Shown: in pieces, positions 28,255 through 37,291 of the stretch
Layout of the letters: each line of letters starts with the position of its first letter
Numbering within the stretch: the first letter of the stretch is position 1
DNA from: a virus
Direction: 5' to 3' (one strand)
Length of the DNA: 64,000 nt
Virus record (IMG/VR): IMGVR_UViG_3300042311_001406
Span: 1-64,000 of that record
Translations under genes and position numbers: made by a program
Notes under the pieces: model-generated
Databases searched by the model: none
Told to the model about the DNA's origin: nothing
What the model saw: the letters and a program-made list of their open reading frames with translations, nothing else

Positions 28255-30577
28255 CGATCGCTACCGCGCCAATGCCGAGTCCTACATTGCCGGCGTCATC
28301 AAAGCCGACAACCCAGACATCAGCGTCGACGGCGCTGGCGTCAGCAGCCTGATCGTAAAGCCAGGTGGCGCCATCGCCAGCGCCTTCCTGCAGGAGCTGG
28401 AGCACACTCGCAGCGCTCGCGACATCAGCGACCCGGAAGCGATCAGCGAAGAGGACATGGACCTGAACCTGTCCACCCTTTTGGTGCCGCGTCTGCGTGG
28501 CCTCAAGTCGACTGGACCCGTCAACATCCACTTCACGACGCGCACGCGAAAGCAGCTCACGGCGGGCACACGGGTCAGCACCAGGGACCAGCAGTACGTC
28601 TACGTCCTCGACAACGACCTCGTCTTCGAGGAGTTCGATTTCATCGCGAATCCCGACGACGGCACGTACTACGTGCGCGCAACATTCTCAGCCGAGAACG
28701 AGGGCGAATCGTACGATCTGGACATCGGCCAGATCAACACCATCATCGACAACAACGTCGGCGCCTCGTACGTCAGGAACCCGGAGCGCTTCCAAAGCGG
28801 CGAAGACGCACAGTCGAACACCGGCTACCTGCGCTACGTTGGCCGTGGCGTCAGCGTGCGAACACCCGTCGTCAGCGACGGTGCAACCTTCACCGTTCAG
28901 CAGCTCTTCGGCCTCAAAGTCCTGGACGTGCTCAACGTCGGCAATGGCGACAGCGAGATGCTGCGAGACGAACTCCACCGACAGCCAGATGGAACCCTCG
29001 ATCTGCTGCCGACTGGAACCCCCACCGGCATCCACATTGGCGGCCGCAGCGACATCTACCACTGGTACAAGCGCGTCAACTACATCGAGGTCACGATCGA
29101 CCTGAGCACTGACCTGGTGCTGATCTCAGCGTCATCTGTCGGCGCTGCATCGATCGTTGCAGGCCTCGCGAATGGTGTGACTGCAGTGAATGCTGTCCCC
29201 CAGAGTGGGAAGCTGGTCATCGAGCTTGGCGCTGGCCGCGAAGAGACGGTGCAGTACACGTCGTGGACCTTCAACACGACGACGCAGCAGTACACGTTCC
29301 AGCTGGCGACGACGCTGACTCAGCCGCACAGCGCGCAAGCCACTGTCAAGATCGCTGGCGATGGCCGTGTTGCCATTGGTCCGGGAACCAAGATCGATCG
29401 CCTCCCGGTGCTGCGTGTGCAAAGCGTTCAGCTGTTGGACCCGTTGACGCTGTCCCCTGTTGGCGACTTGGTTCCGAAGACCACTGCCGCAAGCCGCAAG
29501 CCAGGCTGGTACATCTCGGACATCAACAAGTTCAACCACCTCAGCGCCAAGGAGACCAAGACGCTGGTGATTGACGAGAAGGTTGATGTCGACGGCAACA
29601 GCGCAGTGCACGACACCAATGGCGTCACCAGCGCAGGAAGCCGAACGCTCACGTCGACGACGGTGAACTTCACTGGCCGCAAAGGACAGACAGTGACGTT
29701 GACGTTCGCGGATGGGACGAAACGCTCGTTCCCCATCATCGGCTTGCTGTCTTCGACGTCGGTGTTCCTTGGTCCAGATGGCGTACTGCCGACACAGTCT
29801 GGTGTGACGATCGACATCGAGGCGCAGTCTGGTGATTACCTCCAGTACGCCATTCGCGTCGGGTACTACACCCACGTCGAAGCCATGTCGTTGCAGGAGC
29901 AGCTGGACACTCCGCGCAAGCGTGTCGTCACCAGCAACATCCTGAGCCGGCTTTTCTATCCGGTCTTCCTCGACTTCAAGCTCCGCTACAAGGGGACAGG
30001 GACCGAAGCCGACGTTCGCGAGGCCGTACTGCGCCTGATCCAGCAAAGCCAAGGCAACGCCCTTGGCGAGAACGACGGCGCCAGGTTCGAGGCCAGCGAC
30101 ATCATCGCCGCAGCCTACGAGGACAACCTGGCGACGTACGTCGAAATGCCATTCGAGATCAAGGTGACGACTGTTCACCCAGACCAAGCAGATACCGTGT
30201 CGTGGGTCTCGCCCAGCATCAAGACCATCGTGCCCATGGTCATCTCCACCAGCGCCATCGCCAATGATGGCTACGTGCGGGCTCGATTCCCAACGGGCAC
30301 CGCCGCGGTCGCCATCCCTTCCACCGGAAAACTCTTCCTGGGCGCCTTCGAGACCAACAAGGAGGTCGTGAACTACACCGGCTTCTTTGTCGCCGAGGAC
30401 GGGCAGTATTGGTTCATGGTCGACGGACAAGTCACGTACACGCACCAGACGGCTGAGCCGCTCTCTGTGACGGTTGCCGACTACGACCCAGCCAACGTCA
30501 TCACCGATGGCGTGATCAGTGCCGACAGAATCCATCGACCATACTTCGGCGTCGTCGCCGTGGAGAAGATCCAGTGA
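28247..30577 (+). CDS. Baseplate wedge protein (baseplate J/gp6-like)
   Basis: Likely start ATG 28247; LDLNL...PRLRGLKSTGPVNI-like segment, AENEGESYDL..GQI, VRNPERFQSGEDAQSN. Confidence 0.75.
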   Translation: MVDDRYRANAESYIAGVIKADNPDISVDGAGVSSLIVKPGGAIASAFLQELEHTRSARDISDPEAISEEDMDLNLSTLLVPRLRGLKSTGPVNIHFTTRTRKQLTAGTRVSTRDQQYVYVLDNDLVFEEFDFIANPDDGTYYVRATFSAENEGESYDLDIGQINTIIDNNVGASYVRNPERFQSGEDAQSNTGYLRYVGRGVSVRTPVVSDGATFTVQQLFGLKVLDVLNVGNGDSEMLRDELHRQPDGTLDLLPTGTPTGIHIGGRSDIYHWYKRVNYIEVTIDLSTDLVLISASSVGAASIVAGLANGVTAVNAVPQSGKLVIELGAGREETVQYTSWTFNTTTQQYTFQLATTLTQPHSAQATVKIAGDGRVAIGPGTKIDRLPVLRVQSVQLLDPLTLSPVGDLVPKTTAASRKPGWYISDINKFNHLSAKETKTLVIDEKVDVDGNSAVHDTNGVTSAGSRTLTSTTVNFTGRKGQTVTLTFADGTKRSFPIIGLLSSTSVFLGPDGVLPTQSGVTIDIEAQSGDYLQYAIRVGYYTHVEAMSLQEQLDTPRKRVVTSNILSRLFYPVFLDFKLRYKGTGTEADVREAVLRLIQQSQGNALGENDGARFEASDIIAAAYEDNLATYVEMPFEIKVTTVHPDQADTVSWVSPSIKTIVPMVISTSAIANDGYVRARFPTGTAAVAIPSTGKLFLGAFETNKEVVNYTGFFVAEDGQYWFMVDGQVTYTHQTAEPLSVTVADYDPANVITDGVISADRIHRPYFGVVAVEKIQ

Positions 30578-31056
30578 AGATTGTGTACGGAGACCTGTTC
30601 CAGGTCATGAAGAACGGGTACGACGCTGTCGGCATCCCGACCAATGGCCACACCAACAACTCAGGCTTGGCGACCATGGGTGCAGGCGTCGCCAGGGCTG
30701 CCGTGCAGACCTTCGGCATGTGGATTCGAGAGTTCCTCGGCGCGAAGATCGACCGCCACGGCAACAATGTTCATGTGCTGCAGGCGCTCAATGCTGACGG
30801 CGACCCCATCAAGAGTCCGCCGTTCATCTTCAGCTTTCCGACGAAGCACCACTGGAGCGACAAGCGCAGCGACATGGCGCTCATCGAGAAGAGCGCTGAG
30901 CAGCTCAAGGCTGTGATCGCGGCCAACAAGTGGAAGTCGGTCTGCATGCCGGAGCCCGGAACCGGGATGGGTGGATTGCAGTGGGACGACGTCTCGAAGA
31001 TCCTGGAGAAGCGCTTCGGCGACGAGCTGACCATCGTGCGACTGCTCGGGACCTGA
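30574..31056 (+). CDS. Macrodomain ADP-ribosylhydrolase (DarG/TARG1-like)
   Basis: GDLF, MGAGVARA, FPTKHHW, MPEPGTGMGGLQW. Confidence 0.85.
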   Translation: MKIVYGDLFQVMKNGYDAVGIPTNGHTNNSGLATMGAGVARAAVQTFGMWIREFLGAKIDRHGNNVHVLQALNADGDPIKSPPFIFSFPTKHHWSDKRSDMALIEKSAEQLKAVIAANKWKSVCMPEPGTGMGGLQWDDVSKILEKRFGDELTIVRLLGT

Positions 31057-31084
31057 CTCCAAAGGGGATCGCCTTTTGGAGTTC
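31057..31084 (+). terminator. Probable terminator hairpin
   Basis: CTCCAAAGGG-loop-CCTTTTGGAG directly after the stop; weak U-tail. Confidence 0.45.
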
Positions 31085-31116
31085 ACAGTCGCGCTGACCG
31101 ATGCCATATCTGGGGC

Positions 31117-31437
31117 ATGAACAAGAAAGCAGCCTCACTCTTTGCGGTCATCATCACAGCCATCATCGCGGTGGCGTGTGAGCCGCCGTCGCGCGCTCTG
31201 AGCCACGAGAACAGCGGCAACATCCAGGTTGGCGTCGAGCTCGTTGGTCACATCCCGAAGCACGACTGCGACATCTATCGCATCACCAACGCCATCGACT
31301 ACCAAACGGTGGCTGTGATCTGCCAGAAGCCAGTGCAGGATGTGACGTCGGAGGAAGAGCACGCTGAGAGCTGTGGGAAGAACTGCACGCGCATGATCCG
31401 CAACACCACTGTTGTCACGGGCGCATCCAAGGATTGA
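31117..31437 (+). CDS. Putative lipoprotein
   Basis: MNKK, hydrophobic stretch, lipobox-like AVA-C. Confidence 0.65.
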   Translation: MNKKAASLFAVIITAIIAVACEPPSRALSHENSGNIQVGVELVGHIPKHDCDIYRITNAIDYQTVAVICQKPVQDVTSEEEHAESCGKNCTRMIRNTTVVTGASKD

Positions 31438-31463
31438 CCGGCTCGATGGCAGGCATGTAGAAT
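31434..31463 (+). promoter_or_regulatory. Sigma-70-type promoter
   Basis: TTGACC-N18-TAGAAT. Confidence 0.55.
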
Positions 31464-31469
31464 CCTGCT

Positions 31470-31640
31470 GCCTTGGCGCTTGTACCTTGTCGGTGTTACC
31501 CCTTCCGCCAGACGAGGACGAGACGACGAGGCTCGTCATCCTGCCGGTCGCCGCTGTGTCCCACCCTCCACTCAACGGCGACCGGCAAGGGTGATTTGAT
31601 CCAGACACGAAAAAGCCGCCTCCAGGGCGGCTCTCTCGTC
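31470..31640 (+). ncRNA. Candidate structured small RNA
   Basis: Follows the promoter; no credible ORF; stem TGCCGGTCGCCG/CGGCGACCGGCA with a C-rich loop; ends at a terminator hairpin. Confidence 0.35.
31610..31637 (-). terminator. Rho-independent terminator of the H1-like gene, possibly bidirectional
   Basis: Minus strand AGCCGCC-CTGGA-GGCGGCT-TTTT. Confidence 0.7.
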
Positions 31641-31669
31641 TGACGATGTCGGCGTCGTCAGGTTCGCAC

Positions 31670-32383
31670 TCAGGCTTCAGCGGCGCCAGGCGTGAAGCTG
31701 TCGTCGGTGTGGTCGGCGTCAGCAGCGGCCACTGGCGTGTTCTCGCTGGTGTCGACCGCCGCGGCGGCAACGGCCTTGGCCTTCTTGGCTTTCTTGGTCA
31801 CGATCACGATCTCAGCCTTCGCGGCCTTGGCTTTCTTCGCGGCAGGCGCCGCCTTCTTCGAGGCCTTCGCGGCCTTCGCCGCCGCCTTCTTCGGCTCAGC
31901 CTTGGCCTTCGCCTTCGTGGCCTTGGCCTTCTTGGCGGCGGGGGCCGCCTTCTTCGCAGCCTTCGTGGCCTTCTTGGCTGGGCCAGACTTGGGCGCCTCA
32001 TCGAAGTGCCACGCGTCGACAGTCGAGCAGCGGGGCGTGTAGTAGTGGACGTTGCCCTTCTCGTCGGTCGAGGCCACGAGGTACCGGCGATGAGCGCTCT
32101 GCGGGGTGCGGGTCTCGACACGCGACGGCAGGGTCTTGGCGGGGACGTGCTTCCACGCGTCGACGTTCTCGGCGAGGAACTTCTTGACGACGCCAGACTT
32201 GACGTTCCACTCGCCGCGGACCTGCGAGGACCACTCGACCGTGGTGCCAACTTCGATCCGAGGCTTGTAGGCGGCAGGCGCCGCGCTCTTGGCCTTCACC
32301 TTGGCAGCCTTGGGGGCCTTCGTCGCCTTGGCAGTCTTCGCGGCTTTCGCCGGCTTCTTCTTCGAGTTCTTCTTGCTGGCCAT
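31670..32383 (-). CDS. Histone H1-like Lys/Ala/Pro-rich DNA-binding protein with a central globular domain
   Basis: Likely start ATG 32383 (MASKKNSKKKPAKAAK); AKP-rich tails flank IEVGTTVEWSSQ...YLV...YYTPR. Confidence 0.8.
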   Translation of the reverse strand: MASKKNSKKKPAKAAKTAKATKAPKAAKVKAKSAAPAAYKPRIEVGTTVEWSSQVRGEWNVKSGVVKKFLAENVDAWKHVPAKTLPSRVETRTPQSAHRRYLVASTDEKGNVHYYTPRCSTVDAWHFDEAPKSGPAKKATKAAKKAAPAAKKAKATKAKAKAEPKKAAAKAAKASKKAAPAAKKAKAAKAEIVIVTKKAKKAKAVAAAAVDTSENTPVAAADADHTDDSFTPGAAEA

Positions 32384-32482
32384 GTGATTCTTCCCTTGCG
32401 TGAGCGGTTGGACTTCCCTTATAGGATCGATGCAGATGATCACAGCCTCGGATCGGCTGTCAACACGAAACTGGAGGAAATA

Positions 32483-33163
32483 GTGAGCGTTCAGACGAAT
32501 ACCAGCATCAAGAAGATGATTTCTGAAGACGAGATCATCATGAGGCCCATGCGCCCGGAGCAAATCAACAACGGGAGCGTCGACGTCACACTGGGCCGGT
32601 TCGCGTGGCGCCTCAAGGACAAGTTTCGTAACGACTTTGATCCAAGCAAGCCGCTGATTGGGCAGCTTTGCGTCTGCCCAACGGCCATGGTCGGACACGA
32701 CATCTTCGACCTTGTCGACATCCAGCGAGACCACGGAGGTCAAATCTGGTTCGGCCCTGGTGAACGGATGATCATGCACACGCATGAGTTCATCGGAAGC
32801 CGACATCGCTCCCTTCCAGAAATGCGCGCAAAGAGCTCGTCCATGCGGTGGGGGTTCACCTTGTCAGGGGACGCCGGATGGGGTGATGTAGGCTTCTTTT
32901 CGAGGTGGGCAACGGAGCCCGTCAACTTCAATCCATGCCCAATGGTTCTGGCTGTTGGCCAGCTGGTCGGCCAGGTCATCTTCCACGCCGTCGAGACACC
33001 GGAGGCTGGCACCCTGTATCACGAAAAAGGGAACTACCAGAACGAGAGCGACATCGAGGAGATCATCAAGAGCTGGCATCCGCGCGATCTTTTGCCAAAG
33101 AGGATGAAAGTCGTTCCATTTGAAGCGATGAACGACGCGGACCGTTTTGGAGTGCAGCCATAG
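32483..33163 (+). CDS. dcd: dCTP deaminase
   Basis: GGAGG SD and GTG 32483; QINNGSVDVTLG, AKSSSMRWG, GDVGF...TE, QVIFH, GNYQ. Confidence 0.8.
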   Translation: MSVQTNTSIKKMISEDEIIMRPMRPEQINNGSVDVTLGRFAWRLKDKFRNDFDPSKPLIGQLCVCPTAMVGHDIFDLVDIQRDHGGQIWFGPGERMIMHTHEFIGSRHRSLPEMRAKSSSMRWGFTLSGDAGWGDVGFFSRWATEPVNFNPCPMVLAVGQLVGQVIFHAVETPEAGTLYHEKGNYQNESDIEEIIKSWHPRDLLPKRMKVVPFEAMNDADRFGVQP

Positions 33164-33209
33164 GCATTGAGCTACCCAGGCGGCCTCGGTCTGTAGTACG
33201 CTGCCGACC

Positions 33210-35936
33210 GTGGCCAACCTCGACACCAACCGCATCTGGCAGGCACTCGGGACCTTCTTCTCCGAATACTTCCCGGAGGAGGAGCGTCGGTACTGGGATT
33301 CGTACTGGCTGTCGTTTGCAGACATCTGCTCCGACCTCTGGGGATACGCCTACCAGATCGACCAGTGTCGATCCGTTTTCTCGGCGCCAGCGTCCTACGA
33401 GCGCCTCAACGTCATGCTGAACCCAGTCCTGCAGGAGCAGTTGCCGCTGCTCTCGATGCAGCTGTGCTCGGTGTCATCTGTTGGTGGCGTCAACGTCGTG
33501 CGTGGCTTCGTTCCGCGCAGCAAGCTCAGCTTCAAGAAGAACGACATCCCTGGCCGTGGGCTGATTCGCATTGGCGTCGACGTCGTTCCCTATGTTGCCG
33601 TCAACGTGATCACGGTGCCATCTGGCCCAATGGCTGGGTATGTGAGCGAGGCAACGTTCACACTGGGCAGTGTGCTGCCACACAACTACGTCGACACCAT
33701 CGACCTGAACGAGTCGTTCACCAAAGACTTTGTTGATCTCGCTTTCCGCGTGCCACAGGTGCCAGGGCAGACGTACATCGATGCCACCAGTGACGGCGTC
33801 GACGTCACCCTCGACCAGACAGGTCTCTTGGAGATCGGTGTCGCTGGCTACAACCGCGAGTTGCTGGAGTACCAAAGCTTCTCTCGATCCGGCGACCGCT
33901 ACGTCTTCACCTTGCCGAGCACCTTCAAAGCTCCTGGTGGCGGCGTGCCGCCGAAGACGTCATTCTTCCACGCGCAGGGCGAGCGGGTCCGGGTCTCGAA
34001 GCTGATGTCGAGCACCGGCCGGTGGCAGTTCTTTGGTGCCGGACCGGTCCGCGTCTACAACGACAGCGCCGCAGTCATCAGCATCGACAACGAGCCATCC
34101 AGCAGCGCCTGCAGCGCTGTGCTCTCGGACACCCGCCGTATCCAGAGCAACACCGACTTCGACATGGAAGTCACTCTGATCCTGAACACGTGGATGGAGC
34201 CCACCGGCGACAGCGACCGCGCTGCAGGTTTCCGTGTGAGCGTTGGCCCACATGTGCACGATGTCGCGCTCCGCACGCGCCGTGTGGGCGCAACCACCCT
34301 CCACACCCTGGTTGCCACGACGCCGGATGGAGAGACGGTGCGACTTCTGGCCGAGAAGCCAGAGCGAGTCGTCTTCCGCATCGCCAGGACCAAGAACACG
34401 ATTGAGCTTCAGGCCAAGGTCGATGACGAGCCTGACTTCAGAACCCTGTCCTCACGAACCGTACCCGGCCTTGCCTCGGCGATGGAGCTGTTCTGCCTGG
34501 ACACGGGCACCGGCACGCCATCGCTGCTGCGTTTTGACGAGATCGTTCGTCGGCTCGGACAGGCTGTTGGCAGCCAGCGGCTGGAGTCATCGTTCACCGT
34601 CAGCGACAGCTTCCCCTGGCGCTACAGCGTCGACGTGAATGTCGCGACGGCGCCACGGCTCCAAGAGGAGCCCAAAGCTCGCGCTCAGAACCTGAAGACC
34701 GTCTTCGATGTGGCAGAAAGCGGCGGCGCATCCATCCGCTGCGAGGGCGTTGGCGACGATTTCTTCGCCGCCGCCGTCCCACAAAGCGGCGTGCTCGTCA
34801 TCGCAGGAAAGCGAATCGTCTACGACAGCATCTTGCGTGTTGGACCAAAGACTTTCGACTTCTTCGTCCGCGGCGGGAAGATCGATCCAGATCTGATTCC
34901 CATCGCCATGGGCACTGACGCGATCGCGCGCACCCGGACGCTTTCAACGTCCGAGTTCCAATTCAACGGCGACAGCACGTTGTGGTTGCGCGACCCTCCG
35001 ACTCGCAGCCAGTTGTGGGCGCCGCTGGCGCATGTCGATGAGCACGAGATCCAGAAGATCTACGGGCCGCTCGTCGGCATGGATGCCGTCAAGAGCAGCG
35101 AGAGCTACGCCCGCCGCGTGCAGGGCGCGTTCTTCGCCCTCATGAACGGACCCGCGATCGAGAACGTGCACATCGGCGTTCACCTCGCTCTCGGCCTGCC
35201 TGCGGCCAAGATCGACGGGGTCGTGACCGAAGTCGCCGTGCAGCGTGACGCGGTTGGCCGGGTCATCCGCCAGACGATGACGATCTCCGGCGCTGACGGC
35301 GTCGCCATCCACGAGCTCGACCCAGGCCTGCCCTCGCTGTGGAGCGTCGGCCTCGGCGACCGCGTGGAGAAGTTCCAGCCTCTGACGTCAGGCGTTGAAG
35401 TGCTCGACGTCGAGACAGATCCGAACTGGGGCACCCGGTTCGGTGGCACGGCGCCGACGGAGAAGAGCCTGGAGCGCTGGAATGCATTCGGCGTTCTCGC
35501 TGACGTCTCGGCGCTCGGAGATGACGCCAGCATCTACGACGCCGTGAAGTTCGCGATCCGCATCAGGCCTCTGTGGGCCAAGCTCTACTTCAGCTTCACG
35601 ATGGGTGAACTTGGTCACGAGCACCTGCAGGTGTCTGACGACAGCTTCTTCACGCAGTCTGTCGGCGACATCGAAGACATCAGCTTCGACCACGGGACAC
35701 CGCCGCTGCCAGGTCAAGAGCAATTGCGGATGGGTGACGGCCACAAGATGGGCTGGGGCAAGTTCATGGGTGACCACAACCTGTGGAAGCCGTTCCCTTT
35801 CATGAGCCCATTCCTGCACATGGGGATCGGCTTGACGATGGGCATGGAGCCTCGTGTCGTCATTGGCGATCCAGATCAGGATGGTCACGCCTACGAAGCG
35901 CTCACGGCAACCGCCATCGAAGAGGTCGATGTATGA
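33210..35936 (+). CDS. Large baseplate wedge/structural protein
   Basis: 908 aa; SESYARRVQGAFFALMNGPAIENV and IRIRP wedge-like segments; context. Confidence 0.6.
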   Translation: MANLDTNRIWQALGTFFSEYFPEEERRYWDSYWLSFADICSDLWGYAYQIDQCRSVFSAPASYERLNVMLNPVLQEQLPLLSMQLCSVSSVGGVNVVRGFVPRSKLSFKKNDIPGRGLIRIGVDVVPYVAVNVITVPSGPMAGYVSEATFTLGSVLPHNYVDTIDLNESFTKDFVDLAFRVPQVPGQTYIDATSDGVDVTLDQTGLLEIGVAGYNRELLEYQSFSRSGDRYVFTLPSTFKAPGGGVPPKTSFFHAQGERVRVSKLMSSTGRWQFFGAGPVRVYNDSAAVISIDNEPSSSACSAVLSDTRRIQSNTDFDMEVTLILNTWMEPTGDSDRAAGFRVSVGPHVHDVALRTRRVGATTLHTLVATTPDGETVRLLAEKPERVVFRIARTKNTIELQAKVDDEPDFRTLSSRTVPGLASAMELFCLDTGTGTPSLLRFDEIVRRLGQAVGSQRLESSFTVSDSFPWRYSVDVNVATAPRLQEEPKARAQNLKTVFDVAESGGASIRCEGVGDDFFAAAVPQSGVLVIAGKRIVYDSILRVGPKTFDFFVRGGKIDPDLIPIAMGTDAIARTRTLSTSEFQFNGDSTLWLRDPPTRSQLWAPLAHVDEHEIQKIYGPLVGMDAVKSSESYARRVQGAFFALMNGPAIENVHIGVHLALGLPAAKIDGVVTEVAVQRDAVGRVIRQTMTISGADGVAIHELDPGLPSLWSVGLGDRVEKFQPLTSGVEVLDVETDPNWGTRFGGTAPTEKSLERWNAFGVLADVSALGDDASIYDAVKFAIRIRPLWAKLYFSFTMGELGHEHLQVSDDSFFTQSVGDIEDISFDHGTPPLPGQEQLRMGDGHKMGWGKFMGDHNLWKPFPFMSPFLHMGIGLTMGMEPRVVIGDPDQDGHAYEALTATAIEEVDV

Positions 35937-36271
35937 TCATCAGCGTCGCCACCAGTGATGGTGCAACCGGAGAACGGCTGCTCTTCGTCAACAAACACCG
36001 GAGCCCAGCGCTCTTGGCTGTGATGCTGGTCAGCCTTGGACAGCCTGAGACCTGGGTGCCATCCACGGGAGAGGTCACAGCGATCGTCAAACAGATGGAC
36101 CTCATCGTCGTCGACGTCACCGTCATTGGCGCCTTCAACGGCACGCTGACGCTCTCGTCATCCGGTGGCCAATGGCTGGCGGCCAGAAACGTGGTCATCG
36201 GCGTCGGCGAGCGCAAGATCGTCAGGTTCCGCTTTTCGTTCAGCGAGCAGCGAGAGAAATCGCTGTCCTGA
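35933..36271 (+). CDS. Hypothetical baseplate-associated protein
   Basis: ATGA overlap, 112 aa. Confidence 0.55.
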   Translation: MIISVATSDGATGERLLFVNKHRSPALLAVMLVSLGQPETWVPSTGEVTAIVKQMDLIVVDVTVIGAFNGTLTLSSSGGQWLAARNVVIGVGERKIVRFRFSFSEQREKSLS

Positions 36272-36345
36272 TAGCGTTCAGCAAGTCTTTGTTTCTCGTG
36301 ACGATGAAGTGTGGCATCATTCACGCCACCACGGAGCCTGTGAGC

Positions 36346-37227
36346 ATGAACAACGCGGTCAAGGTCAAACATTCCGTGCAGGGCATCTTCCGCGGTCGGC
36401 AGATGATCGAAGTCGGCGGTCGCCGTTTCGACATCAACGATCCAGATGTCATGGAGATCCGGGACGAGCTTGCCGCCAAAGCCAGCAAAGACTTCGGCGT
36501 CAAACTGCAAAGCGTTCACCGTCACAACCTCGTCGTGAACAGTGGCCGCCTGATGACATGCCGCAAGCTTGCCGAGCGCGATCTGAACGCCGTCATCTAC
36601 GCGGTGCAGTTTGGCGACTGCAAGGTCGACGGCGTCGTCAGCAAAGACCTCTTCCCTCCAGACCTCAGCGACAACCGCCTGGTCCGCGAGATCCGCACCA
36701 TCGGCGGCGCGCCGGGTGCCACCTTCGAGCTCGACGGCTACGAGTACCCGGAGCAGGTGGTCAAGGTTGCACCGGCTGGCCTTCCAGGCTCGTTGACGGG
36801 CGGCGAGGTCTCGACGTTCACCGACGCCTCCTCGGACTTCGTGGTGGCGGGTGTCACCGACGACGATGTCGTCAACGCGGTCATCGGCGGCGAAAGCTTC
36901 ACGCTGCCCATCAAGCGTGTCGTCGGCCCCCATGACCTTGAGGTCGAGAACAACGGCGGCATCGCTGGCGCCGGCATCTCGTACACGATCACGACACCAG
37001 CAGGGCAGGTCCTGTTCCGTAAGTTCGTCAGCGGTGAGAACTTCCCGACGTCGCTCTACGGACCGATGACCATCGCACACGAAGCAGGCCTCCTGTTCAG
37101 CGACGGCACACTCTTTAACCGCGTCGTATTCGCGCCAAGCTCGCCGACCAATGGGCTCATCTTCCAGCCGATGGACATCAACGGCGTCACGCTTGGCGTG
37201 CAGGTCGATTGGCTCATCGTCATCTGA
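36346..37227 (+). CDS. Putative fibre-attachment/baseplate protein
   Basis: Likely start ATG 36346 after GGAG; HNLVVNSGR...EAGLLFSDGTLFNRVVF motif. Confidence 0.6.
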   Translation: MNNAVKVKHSVQGIFRGRQMIEVGGRRFDINDPDVMEIRDELAAKASKDFGVKLQSVHRHNLVVNSGRLMTCRKLAERDLNAVIYAVQFGDCKVDGVVSKDLFPPDLSDNRLVREIRTIGGAPGATFELDGYEYPEQVVKVAPAGLPGSLTGGEVSTFTDASSDFVVAGVTDDDVVNAVIGGESFTLPIKRVVGPHDLEVENNGGIAGAGISYTITTPAGQVLFRKFVSGENFPTSLYGPMTIAHEAGLLFSDGTLFNRVVFAPSSPTNGLIFQPMDINGVTLGVQVDWLIVI

Positions 37228-37291
37228 CGCGCCCGACACTGCTGCCGCCAGCACCATCTCGATCCAGATCGAACATCCCTGAGGTTCACCA

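Noticed and set aside
31646-33163. Apparent 505-aa Arg/Leu-rich fusion to dCTP deaminase
   Set aside because: The N-terminal part is the antisense shadow of the H1-like gene; a GGAGG SD and GTG at 32483 give a normal-sized Dcd
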